Shown here: positions 24,568 through 35,667 of the stretch, piece after piece | Layout of the letters: each line of letters starts with the position of its first letter | Numbering within the stretch: position 1 is the first letter of the stretch | Assembly: GCA_024626585.2 (NCBI GenBank) | Contig: JANKJI020000002.1 | Coordinates: forward strand, 162,473,061 to 162,508,727 | Source of the DNA: Ginkgo biloba | Taxonomy: Eukaryota; Plantae; Ginkgophyta | Length of the DNA: 35,667 bases | Direction of reading: 5' to 3' | Position numbers and translations under genes: made by a program | Notes under the pieces: generated by a model | Told to the model about the DNA's origin: nothing | What the model saw: only the letters and a program-made list of their open reading frames with translations | Database searches by the model: none

Positions 24568-24624
24568 CTCAAATGCATGTCCATATTTTCTGTACAACGG
24601 CCAACCTACATGGATGTACAAATC
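24568..24624 (-). CDS. eIF2alpha: eIF2-alpha coding exon 2 (DLYIHVGWPLYRKYGHAFE)
   Basis: Acceptor ttgttttgacag|GAT, donor GAG|gtatat. 57 nt, phase 0, conserved plant eIF2-alpha peptide. Confidence 0.96.
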
Positions 24625-27600
24625 CTGTCAAAACAAACAACGCAGTTAAGGATTTGGGTTCCCATTAAAACATTGTAACCTGGGAAAAAACCATTCATCT
24701 TCAAAAAGACGAGCCCCAAAAATGCATGTACCATATCGTGTTTACAAATATAGTCTGTGACATGAAAGTGACATTTCTTATAACACCAAAAGTGTAAATT
24801 TAGCAGGCAACAGACACAAAAGATGGGGTCTTAGCTCAAGAAGATTTGGCAAGAACAAGTACGAGTATAAACCAACAATTCAAAGTTCCAATTAGGAATA
24901 GAAATAGGTAAAAACTTATTCTTTAAACCAGGGCATCCTTATAACAGAGTTTCAAATCAAATACAAACATTTCAATTATACAATAAGTTACCGTGTATAT
25001 AATTTCCTCACTCCAAAGATTTGCCTTGCTACAAAATTTTCCTCCTTGGAGACTTGACCTCCAAGTCAAGCAACTAATTCTCAATTCCATTTTACACTTC
25101 AGTTTGCTAATACAATGTATACCGATGAAATTCATCAGTAAAGCCACAATTAGCTTGCTTGAAACCAATGTCAATCTGTTCAAATAATAGAAGGCAGTTG
25201 CCAATTCATACAAGTAATAGCTGAACACATATATTCCCTTGATAATTCAATCCCCAATGCACCATGCATCCAATGCCAGAATCTGCAACCAAGTACCAAA
25301 TGCCAAAATCTCGAAATGTTCCTATTTATACTCATCCAAATCCAACAAAGACAGCCAATATCCTTGAGAATAAAGTCAACAGTTCCAGTTTTATAGTCAA
25401 TAATCACCCTGAAAAGATATCACTGGCCAGCCATTTGCTTTGACTCAAAACATGAATACTTCTTTGCTTCTTTTTCTCCTAGCTGTTGTCTAGCTCATTG
25501 TAGCAAATTTCATCTTCATATTTCTATGGAAGATCCTCAGGAAACTATCGTTTGAAGCCCATAACCCTTATATTCATCAAAGGGATGCATACTCTCTACC
25601 TATAGCACTGCTTCCTTTCAAAAATATATTATTGGCACTCCATACCAATCAATGACTTGTTCATAAGGATTAATGGTTAATGATCTAAACTTACCTAATC
25701 CATATGATACATGAATGCATACATTTAATCCCATGCATGGTTTAAACCAACAAGGAGTAACATAGTTTTAAACTCCTAAACAAACTCTTATTTTAGGAAT
25801 TAATACAAATCCAATAAACATAAGTCACTTTATGCAAAAAAAATTACCACTTGTAACAAACAACCAAGAATAACCCACCTACGATTTAGGAATTACACCT
25901 CAACACTTAACATAATAAGTAATAAACCAACATAATTTATCATAATAGGTAATTTTTGCACAATGAACACCACATATCACACATAAAGATATATTACAAT
26001 AATTATAATTTGACCTTGCTTATTTAAATGGATCCACTTCTACATATTAACAACAAATCCCACAACATTTTTTTGGTGCTACATCATATTCTAATTAAAA
26101 TACGCTTGAAAAATACATGTNNNNNNNNNNNNNNNNNNNNNNNNNNNNNNNNNNNNNNNNNNTGAAGTTCTATTATAAAAACATGTTGTTCCACAATAAT
26201 CCCCTTATACACCTTATATTACACAAATCCCATACATCTTAGTGTGGTACAAGGGAAACAATTCTACACACAACTAACTTTCACTCAAATACGATAACCA
26301 CTATATCAAAACACATCCATGAGTTTCAAACAAACCAATATGCTACAAAAAAATGTTTTAATATAAACACAAGACTAACTTATTCAACTTGTCATAATAT
26401 TTAGAAAATCCTACATGGATTTTATGCATAATTATTTTTTAATGCTAATTAATCTTACTATTCTTCACATATTATCCATATTAGATCATAAAATATCAAA
26501 TATGAGTTCAGTTGATCCGTTTTCAAATCCAAAACTCATTTTTTGTCATTTTTTAGAACAAACAACTTTTGGTCAAATTTGTGCAAAATTTGTATAGTTT
26601 TAGTTATTGATTAAAAAGAAGGAAAGTTGTGTCCTTCAAAGTCATCTTCCAAATGATCTTTGGGAGCACAAAAAATGAAGCTATGGTTTGAAAGTTATGA
26701 TTAAAATATTGACTACCTATCCTTATGAATCGAATTACTCTTCAGTCATCTTATTTGATCAATTCAATCATCTTACCTGATCGTCTCAATTTCCTTATGA
26801 GCCAACTGAAGTGTAAAAATAAAAAAATNNNNNNNNNNNNNNNNNNNNNNNNNNNNNNNNNNNNNNNNNNNNNNNNNNNNNNNNNNNNNNNNNNNNNNNN
26901 NNNNNNNNNNNNNNNNNNNNNNNNNNNNTTCCTCATAGAATAAACTTGAATGCGATACTTTGTAAAGATTCCATTATTTCTGCCAATTTGTGATAGTGCT
27001 TTAATGCTGGTCATTTGTTCTTCTACCCAATCTGTAGAACCCGCATTGTTAATTAATTTATTTTGAAAGCCTGTAGTTCATTGATGAAAAAAAAAAGCAC
27101 ATATCGTGAAAAAGCTATGTAATTGGCTGTTGAGCAATTTTTGGTACAGGCAACAAAANNNNNNNNNNNNNNNNNNNNNNNNNGCAAGTGACATGAACAG
27201 TTAGAAGGATCACAGTGTTCCTGAAACAGAGTCAAAGAAACCTCCCCCATTAATAAACATTAATAATGAAACTCTATGAAGAAAATCCAGTCAAGTAGCA
27301 CAGTTGGAAGAGGCAAAAAGGTACCTAAAAGTTAGTAGTCCAAGTTTGATTCAAGATCCTCAGTTTGGAATAACCGTTGATAGGGAAGAGTAAGAAAATT
27401 AAGTCTCACTGGTATCACAGCCTTAGGAGTCTTCAATTTATCAACATTGTTGGATATGGTACAAGAAGCAGGCAGNNNNNNNNNNAAACATAAGTATTTG
27501 CCAGTGATCAAGTTGAAAATGTCCAGAATTTAGGAGCACGCAGATGAACAAGGAAATAGAATTAACCAATAAGCCCAATCAGTCATCGGGTTTAACAAGT

Positions 27601-27969
27601 CATTAAGAGGGGTGCAATTGAGGGCCTTATCAGGCTAACATGTCAACAACTCAAGGACAACACTGCATCAAGATGGAAAATAACTGCCTCAGCAAACTAC
27701 CAAGGTACATAGGAAGAGGTAAATGCCCATGCCACTTCGCCTTGACGTAAGCATAAAAAGCTCAATGGGAAGAATCAATTGTTATCCTTCTAGTCAGTTT
27801 CAAGTGTAGAGGACAAGAGGTTTGCAAGTGTAACAAAATATCTATTCTCTCATGGGGGCAAATGGACGTATGATGCAGAGGTACTGAGTCATCTGAAGCA
27901 TGGGTATCTTGCGGAGGCTTATAGGGACTCATGTGCCAGATGATCCCCCAGCAAAGTTCATCACAGTTA

Positions 27970-28999
27970 CAGGGTTACCTATTGTATTATATTAGCTATC
28001 AAACTTCACTACTTTATTGAAAATAATAATTATCATACACAAGAAAGATATATCTCAAGGGTTTTTTAAACATCACTAGGGCCATGCATCTTCCAGCCAC
28101 TAAGCCTCTTCTAAAGCAAATCCCGAAATGAATGATACTTATTCATATAAATATCAGGTTACCACTGATGCTCGAAGCTAAATAAGCTTAAATGCTCTAA
28201 AGTAAATCCAATAGCCCTGTTGCCTACACTACAGACGTCTAACTGGCAACAAGAACTTAAACAGCATGAACAAACCTACCTAAAACTACAAAAAAGGTAC
28301 TAAGCTTACCAAACTAGCTGTGATGTCTAGCCTTCTGCCACCCAACAGACCTGCAAAAAGTTCTCCCCCGAGTTGCTACCTCAAAACTACCAGCAAACCT
28401 CCTCTCTAGGTTAGAAGATGCAGCACAACCCCTGTAAATGGGTCAAAAAAGCAGGGCAAAGTCTCTAGAGGTACACCAAAGGTGCATGAAGCTTCAGAAA
28501 TGCAAGGCGAGGATTTAATAAGCTTTAAAAATGCATGACAAAGGTGTCAAAAGCTTAAGAAATTCAAGTGATTGTCTCCTAAACCCACAATGAACCCCGA
28601 AATAGCTTTACAATGCAAGTCACACTTACAAATATGTCTTCTCGAGGCTGGGTGAAGCCTTTGAATGCAGGATGAAGTCCAAAGAGCAGGAAATGAAGGT
28701 CAAAGTTGAACCTCAGCCTCCAAGTTGCAGTTGCCGTGAAGATGCATGTTCTAGAAGAAATTAAGAAAGATGGTGATCAAATGAGACCTTCCAACTATAT
28801 ACACTGACAATAGTACCTTTGTGTAGACCCTGCACCATCTTATTTGCCTACTATAGCTTGACCAGTTTGAGATAATTTTGTTTACCTAAAAAATCATTCT
28901 TGTTAAGTTTCATTGACTTTCAGATAGACGTGTGGACCCAATTTGACTTTTGGCAGCCTAATAGGCCTCCTAAGTCATTGAACAACTTCTCTTAAGCCC
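27970..28999 (-). mobile_element. LTR-like segment, diverged homologue of 30730-31458
   Basis: Shared colinear blocks ATATCTCAAGGGTTT, GGCCATGCATCTT, GTCTAACTGGCAAC, AAGCTTACCAAAC, CTACCA(G/A)CAAACCTCCTC and GGTTAGAAGATGCA, plus a ~30-bp AAGCTTCAGAAATG subrepeat. Confidence 0.7.
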
Positions 29000-30318
29000 N
29001 NNNNNNNNNNNNNNNNNNNNNNNNNNNNNNNNNNNNNNNNNNNNNNNNNNNNNNNNNNNNNNNNNNNNNNNNNNNNNNNNNNNNNNNNNNNNNNNNNNNN
29101 NNNNNNNNNNNNNNNNNNNNNNNNNNNNNNNNNNNNNNNNNNNNNNNNNNNNNNNNNNNNNNNNNNNNNNNNNNNNNNNNNNNNNNNNNNNNNNNNNNNN
29201 NNNNNNNNNNNNNNNNNNNNNNNNNNNNNNNNNNNNNNNNNNNNNNNNNNNNNNNNNNNNNNNNNNNNNNNNNNNNNNNNNNNNNNNNNNNNNNNNNNNN
29301 NNNNNNNNNNNNNNNNNNNNNNNNNNNNNNNNNNNNNNNNNNNNNNNNNNNNNNNNNNNNNNNNNNNNNNNNNNNNNNNNNNNNNNNNNNNNNNNNNNNN
29401 NNNNNNNNNNNNNNNNNNNNNNNNNNNNNNNNNNNNNNNNNNNNNNNNNNNNNNNNNNNNNNNNNNNNNNNNNNNNNNNNNNNNNNNNNNNNNNNNNNNN
29501 NNNNNNNNNNNNNNNNNNNNNNNNNNNNNNNNNNNNNNNNNNNNNNNNNNNNNNNNNNNNNNNNNNNNNNNNNNNNNNNNNNNNNNNNNNNNNNNNNNNN
29601 NNNNNNNNNNNNNNNNNNNNNNNNNTCCTGCATAGCGCTGGTTTACCTCAATTCATCCCATTGCCAGAAAGTTGCAGCCTCATCATCTGCTAGTACATAT
29701 ATTTTGGCCATTAATTGGACCATTTGCTCCCAAACAGTTCTTTCGTCTTAACATCTGGCACTCAAATCCTTCCCAGCATATGCTAGTCACTTCCTTTAAT
29801 GACAATCAAACAAAGAATTCACTCATTTCTACCAGTAATATCACAAGCTCAAAGGTGTCATTCCATCTTACTTAGCTGAGAATGGATTCTGCTTTGTCCC
29901 TTTGCCATCAGACTTGTATTTTTTAACTNNNNNNNNNNGAAGTTGCCAATTGTACTACAACTGTTTCGTCTCTTGCTTTGCCTACTCATTGCTGCAGGAT
30001 TTTGACTTGCTGATTCTATTCTTCAGTTATTGGTTGGTTCTGGATTTCTAGACAGTCTGATGTCTTTCACTTGAATCTTTCCTCTCTAGAGATCTTTCTT
30101 CTCTCTAGAAAAACTTTCTTCAAGTACCTCTAAGGGTTCCTCTTCATGTATTTTCCTTCTACCATAAGTATGTTAAAAGCAAGGCCTTCCTCTCACTTGT
30201 TTTTTCCCATCTCAGATAATCTAGCCTCCATCCTGGATACCCTACTTTACTACTCTTCCAAAGATTTATCATCTCTGTGAAGGTGCCATTTTCTGCCGGT
30301 GTGTGAACCATAACTCGA

Positions 30319-30329
30319 CTCTAATACCA
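30319..30329 (-). other. Primer-binding site, tRNA-iMet type
   Basis: TGGTATTAGAG (consensus TGGTATCAGAG) immediately after a CA LTR end, followed by degenerate gag-like sequence at 29626-30290. Confidence 0.7.
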
Positions 30330-30330
30330 C

Positions 30331-31458
30331 TGTTAGCATCTCCCTTCTTGATGCCTGTGGAACCTGTGTCAAGTATCCACCACACATATATTAATGTACA
30401 ACAATAACTATTCTATCATGGGGTTAACTGGAGGTATGATATAGAAGTAGTGGATCACACGATACATGGAGGTCTTGCAGGGGCCTTTTGGTATTTATAT
30501 GTTAGATGGTCCACGACATCTTCCTAGGAACACCATAGTTTCATGATGCCTCCCTCATACCATCTATAAGGTGCTCATACAAAGTTACATATATAAGTTC
30601 TTTCCCTATTATCCATGGTAATACGCATCATGAACTTCTCATTAGCTACAACAACACATCGTAGCCCCAATACAGACTTACCCATCAAGTGTTCAAAAGA
30701 GTTAATAAATTACTAATCATGACTTACAACAAAATTACCCATTGTGATATAATACTCTATCAAGCTTCATAGATTCATTAGCCATACTAATCAGAAGGCC
30801 TAATGAGGTCTATAAGTAACATATCTCAAGGGTTTCTTGAATCAAGACTTGGCCATGCATCTTTTCGTCAGCAAAGCTTTTTCTAACATAATGACAGAAA
30901 TTTACTCATATAATTTATGGTCCCTACTTATGCAAGAGAGATAATGGCCTTTGATGTTGTGAAATAAATCCAGTAGCCCTGCTGCTTATGCCACAAGAGT
31001 CTAACTGGCAACTACAACTGAAACAGAATGTAGAGTCTTTTACAAAACTGTTAAAATAGGTACTAAAGCTTACCAAACGAGCATTCAGAACTTTTTGTCT
31101 TACGCTTCTGTAAATTTTTCCCATCTGCAGCCCCACGAACTTTCAAAACAAGTCTCTTCTGCAACTACCAACAAACCTCCTCTTCTGGTTAGAAGATGCA
31201 ATGGAATCCCTATAAATGGGCCAAAAAACGAGGGCAAAGCCTACATATGTGAGACAAAGATGCAGGAGGCTTCAGAAAGTAACACAAAGGTGCAAGAAGC
31301 TTCAGAAATGCTAGGCGAAGATTTATGAAGCTTCAGAAATGTAGGGCAAAACTGTAGGAAACTTAAAAAATGCAAGTTGTCTCTAGAACCCACAACGAGC
31401 ACTAGAATAGCTTTAAATTGGAAGCCCACGTCACAATTCTATCTTTTCAAGGCTGGGT
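30331..31458 (-). mobile_element. 5' LTR (truncated) of a minus-strand LTR retrotransposon
   Basis: On the minus strand it ends ...GATGCTAACA, 1 nt before a PBS. It is homologous to 27970-28660 and carries an internal ~30-bp tandem subrepeat at ~31255-31375. Confidence 0.7.
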
Positions 31459-31529
31459 AATAAAAATTTAAGCAAGATGAAATCCCATGCAAACACTATC
31501 TATTGGATTAGTTGGCTATCACCTGTCTT

Positions 31530-33000
31530 GTCTTTCATTTCCTCTCCTTATACATGTACTCTTCTTATGAACTAGAAAAACACCTATATCATGAGGACCC
31601 TTTTCTCAACTAAATACAACAAATGCAACCGTTAGGTGATGGATTCTTCATCCCCCAAGTGACACTCCAGGCAACACATAGACCGGGTAACACAGAATGA
31701 ATTGGGGCAATCCCTTCCAATCCATATACTAGCTGAAACTGTGTTTCACCTATAGCTCTCTTAGGTTGTTTGAAACAGTCACAACACAAAGTGTATCTTT
31801 TTGGCCCAATTTCTGTGCCTAACATTGTAGACTTTAGTGAATGATGTTTCCAATATTTTGTTGGAGCTTCTAGCCTCTCCATTGCAACAAGGGTAATACA
31901 GTGTATATTTTTCGATGAGTGATCATAAATTCCTTCATGAGCTCTTCAATGATTCCATTTATAAACCCTCCACCTTGATCACTAGTTAGTTGCAACAAGC
32001 ATTTTAAAGTGTGTAACCTTCTCATACAAGAATTCAACTATTGTTTCCGCACCTTCTTATCGCATGAGCATGCTTTGCACCATTTGTGACTATGTTCATT
32101 GCTACTAGAATGTAACATGCCCAAGTTCTTCACACAAGATGACTTGTAAGTCCTACAAAATCCATCCTCCAATGCTCAAGAGAGTTGTGGTATGTATTAG
32201 GTGAAGTGGTAAATGCATTTGCCAATTTGTTTTCCCAACCCTCTATCATACATCGCATTCTTTGCCCATCCTTTTGCATCCTCAAATAACGTTGGTCACT
32301 ACAACCTTGCAATATTTTTCTTGTTGTTGCCTCGCACGCAACATGCCCTTAGGCAAGTCCTTCATGGGCTTGCCTCACAATGTCTTGTAGTTCATGGGGT
32401 AGGGTGCACCTTCATTGTATATGATTTGGCCCCATTGGATATAGGGATCCTTCCACGAGATACTACGGTAAAGCTTTTCGTAAGACTCTTTCTCTCCACC
32501 CTATCAAATCCAAGTGGCATTTGCCTCATTAACAAACATTCAACTATATCAAAGTACCATTCTCGCACATTTCTAATTAATAAATTACCATTTGAAACCC
32601 CTATAAATTCTTCCTCGATCCCAATGCAAGAAACTTGATCGGGTATTCCCATCTTTACGATGATTTAAATTCCTAGAAGAACATCCACATGCTAACCTAT
32701 CCTTGCAATACTGGTTTATAAATGAGATGAAATTAACACATGGTGGAGTTGAAAAAGATTTGCCAATAAAGTGTCACATTTTTTTAATTGAATGGACCAT
32801 TATGAGTCCTTCCCTTTTTGTCACCATGTTGTTTTGTCCTACAAGAGTAAGCTTTTGATTTGCAAAAAGGATGAAATGGTCAGTATTGCCTTCTCTAGGT
32901 TGTATAACAACACAAACAACAACGACTTGCAAGGAATCTACGTGAATATGGAACATTTTGTTCTTTTCAAAAAATCTCAGGATAGAAGCTTTTGGAAAAT
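31530..33000 (-). mobile_element. Decayed Ty3/Gypsy pol (RNase H plus integrase)
   Basis: FHIHVDSLQVVVVCVVIQPREGNTDHFILFANQKLT...KREGLIMVHSIKK (RNase H), WRMDFVGL (integrase first Asp) and AIGETQFQLVYGLE (integrase core end). RNase H precedes integrase, which is the Gypsy order. Many frameshifts. Confidence 0.88.
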
Positions 33001-33299
33001 GCTTTGCAACATGAATAATAATGGAATAGTCCTTGAACTTGATTATTTCCGAGCCGCTCTGTTGGGTTTGAGGCAGATGGAGGAGCTGCTGCTTTTCCTC
33101 CGCGATGGTTGCTCCTGTCGATCGATGGCCCATCTTGGGCTCAAGTTCAACCTTGATGAAGGGCGCCTCGCTGGGTGCACGAAGGAGGGAGTGTCAATTG
33201 CGGTTGGAGAGAAGCAACTTTGGAGAATCGTGTGGTCATTTGGGTGCTATCTTGTGGTTGCAGGTTTGCCGTGGTGGTGCTTCACAGTGCTCTTGTTTC

Positions 33300-33820
33300 T
33301 GTGGTGGTGTTTCACATTGTGGTTGTAGGTGAAGAATAAGATAGTTTTAGTTATTCTTGATAGTGGTAGACAAATGAACTTGATTTCAGCCAATTTAGTC
33401 ATGGATTTAGGTCTAGACCTTNNNNNNNNNNNNNNNNNNNNNNNNNNNNNNNNNNNNNNNNNNNNNNNNNNNNNNNNNNNNNNNNNNNNNNNNNNNNNNN
33501 NNNNNNNNNNNNNNNNNNNNNCTAAAAGTAGTAGAATCATTTGGATAATTTACTGAATGATTCTACTACTTTTAGCTCAGATAACCTTGATCCAAATGAA
33601 ATTTAGAGTCTTAAGCATCACATACAAGCGAATCCATCCAAGTTATATCATATAATTATGAAGTAGGACATACTTTGACAAGGAAAGATGTGATGCACTG
33701 GTCCTATCCCATAGCAGTTGCCATTTGATTCCCAACTAGTGATCATGATGAGAAATCTGCTAAGAGTTGATAAGTACATGTTATATAGATCCCAATGCCA
33801 AAGGTGGAAACCAACAGCTC
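33300..33820 (+). mobile_element. Separate Gypsy aspartic-protease fragment in opposite orientation
   Basis: VKNKIVLVILDSGRQMNLISANLVMDLGL (DSG catalytic motif). After the gap, YFDKERCDALVLSHSSCHLI resembles the CDVVP...CHL motif. Confidence 0.7.
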
Positions 33821-34533
33821 AATCACCAGCTGAGCTCAGATTACCACAGTTCCTTTCTTTCTAATGAAAAATGAAATATCGGTAAGCTAAGTCGCCAGTT
33901 CCATTACCATATACATTTTGCCTATAACAGTGGTGCCTTGATAGTATTTCGTGAGGAAGCAGTGTGATTGTAATAAGCAGAGAAATCAGAACTACAAACT
34001 TTGCTACAATGCAATGAGAAGAAGGGAACCACAGTCAGCTTACCCAATTTGAAAGAGGCATGGGGAACTAGACACATCCTCCTTAATGGCAACAAAAATA
34101 CATACTTGGATCTATTCCACCAAAAGAAATACCGCATGTGTACCCCCACTTTGAAAACACAACCTCATTATGCACAGCCAACGGCCTTACTGCCCATGCA
34201 GGCAGCGGCAACCTGCTAACAATTAGCTTAGTTGAGGCCCTGGTCAAATGTAACCAGATGATAAAGACCATCCTTGATACCGACTCCTATATTGTGAATG
34301 CACGTGATGACACCAGGTGGGTTACATTAATCAAAATAGGTTGGCTAATGCCAATTGCTCCTGAATAGACCAAATTGAGGACGCAAACAAATACAACAGT
34401 GCCGGGGGCAATTGTGTATGTGCCTGTGATTACTCCATGGGGGTTTGACGAATGACCACCAACAAGCAATTGCCATGGAATAGCAACTAAAAGAAACCAG
34501 CGTAGGGAATTTTTTTTAAAAGTCAAATGTTAC

Positions 34534-34905
34534 CTCAAGATCAGCATCGAGGGTCTCGGCCACATGTCGCATTATGGAATGCACTAACTTGCTCTTGTTG
34601 TACCTTTCCTCGCAAGCTTGGATATCTTCCTCAGAAACCCTTCGCTTGCTGAGATCAATGTAACCCTTCTCCTTGTCCACCCTCAACACCATCACCGTTT
34701 CCTGCCGACCCACTTTTATGAGACTGCTCACACTTCGTATCCGTCGACGAGACAGCTCTGAAAACAATATCATACCCTCTATGTTGTTGTATTCCAGCAG
34801 GGAAACATAGGCGCCCATGTCTGCAATGTTCTTCACCTGTATCATCACTGCCTGATCCACCTCTGGATACTTTGCTTCATACATTCTACACTCCAGGTTC
34901 GGCAT
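34534..34905 (-). CDS. eIF2alpha: eIF2-alpha coding exon 1 (aa 1-124; S1/OB domain with the regulatory serine)
   Basis: ATG at 34905 gives [58 protein letters not shown]...[12 protein letters not shown]...[11 protein letters not shown], which is clearly eIF2-alpha. An in-frame TGA lies upstream at 34948-34950. Donor GAG|gtaaca at 34534/34533, phase 0. Confidence 0.98.
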
Positions 34906-34963
34906 CGCTGCTGCTTTTCTCTTCACTACGCAAATCCCGTATGTTCTTCAACTACTTCTATTC

Positions 34964-35274
34964 CTGTCGGCAAATTACAGCCAGCAACACTTTAACATGG
35001 AGAATCAAAGAATATATATACACACAGAGATAGAAAATCATTTGGGTTTCAGATATATGTGTTTGTATCACTGTATATTCCTATCAGAAGGCCCTAGCCC
35101 GGCATGCATCGCACCCAGGCCAAAGAGAAAAATAAGAAATTGGCAGCAACATTTTCAACGTGCACTCAATGAATTTAGAAGAATGACCTATGATACTGCC
35201 CAAACTCAAGTAATAGGACAGACGATATAAATTACATAAATCAAGGTGAAATGAAAAGTGCTAACATTAATTAC
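34964..35274 (-). other. Putative 5'-UTR intron of eIF2-alpha (311 nt)
   Basis: Strong donor CCGCAG|gtaatt at 35275/35274 and acceptor gtaatttgccgacag|G at 34964/34963, 58 nt upstream of the ATG. Confidence 0.7.
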
Positions 35275-35388
35275 CTGCGGGCGGATAGAATTTCAGGCAA
35301 AGGGGGTTTGTTTGAATGTCGCTGAAAGATCGAATTGGCAGCCAAAAGGCGAATTGTTATAGAAAGTATTGATGAAGATGGAAGAGAG
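35275..35388 (-). other. Putative non-coding first exon (5' UTR) of eIF2-alpha
   Basis: Pyrimidine-rich, ATG-free segment between a TATA-like element and the donor site. The 5' end is estimated. Confidence 0.55.
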
Positions 35389-35399
35389 CAAATATGCCT

Positions 35400-35515
35400 C
35401 GGACATCATATAAAAATCTGCTTTTCGGTTTTGCCCACCTTCATGGATGAAAATTATAATTTTACTATGGTTAATCTATTATTAATTCGATAAAACAAGA
35501 GCCACGTAGTGGCAA
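35400..35515 (-). promoter_or_regulatory. Putative core promoter: TATA-like TTTTTATATG (35407-35416) and ABRE-like ACGTGGC (35501-35507)
   Basis: The motifs are present on the minus strand at plausible spacing upstream of the pyrimidine tract. Short motifs can occur by chance. Confidence 0.4.
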
Positions 35516-35667
35516 GTCTTTCTCAGCGCATAAAACAATATAAAATTTAATGTCATATTTATTAATTATTATTAAAAAAATTGAATTATACAATAAGAAT
35601 AATAAATTTAGGTTATAAAAATTTAACATAATTTAAGTATGAAGTGCTTAATATTTATGGTAAAGAA

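Noticed and set aside
27409-27420. Plus-strand TGGTATCACAGC resembling a Met PBS
   Set aside because: No recognisable LTR upstream or gag downstream on that strand, so probably chance.
32792-33328. 178-aa plus-strand ORF
   Set aside because: Largely antisense to the Gypsy RNase H relic and spans a junction between TE fragments.
34906-34926. ORF-track start MKRKAAA for eIF2-alpha
   Set aside because: It begins at GTG. The first ATG (34905, context GCGATG) gives an N-terminus colinear with known orthologues.

Overview
Eukaryotic, AT-rich, CpG-depleted and heavily gapped draft plant scaffold. The very long transposon-filled introns resemble gymnosperm genomes, but this taxonomy is inference. 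The window is dominated by one minus-strand gene for translation initiation factor eIF2-alpha. It has a probable non-coding first exon (~35275-35388) and six recognisable coding exons (34534-34905, 24568-24624, 24375-24461, 24126-24272, 23812-23889, 6034-6132). All have canonical splice sites except exon 5, which has no normal donor. Two large introns (~9.9 kb and ~17.7 kb) hold decayed Ty3/Gypsy and LINE fragments, LTR-like repeats and minisatellites, and a Ty1/Copia gag relic follows exon 6. The main oddity is exon 5: it stops at ...KIKLVAPPL* and runs directly into a degenerate 24-bp tandem repeat whose first unit is the exon's own last codons. The conserved YVLTTQTLDK-type segment and the acidic C-terminal exon are not visible and may lie in N gaps. 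This is either a real microhomology-mediated disruption or an assembly chimera. I found no supportable evidence for a new biological system beyond these features.
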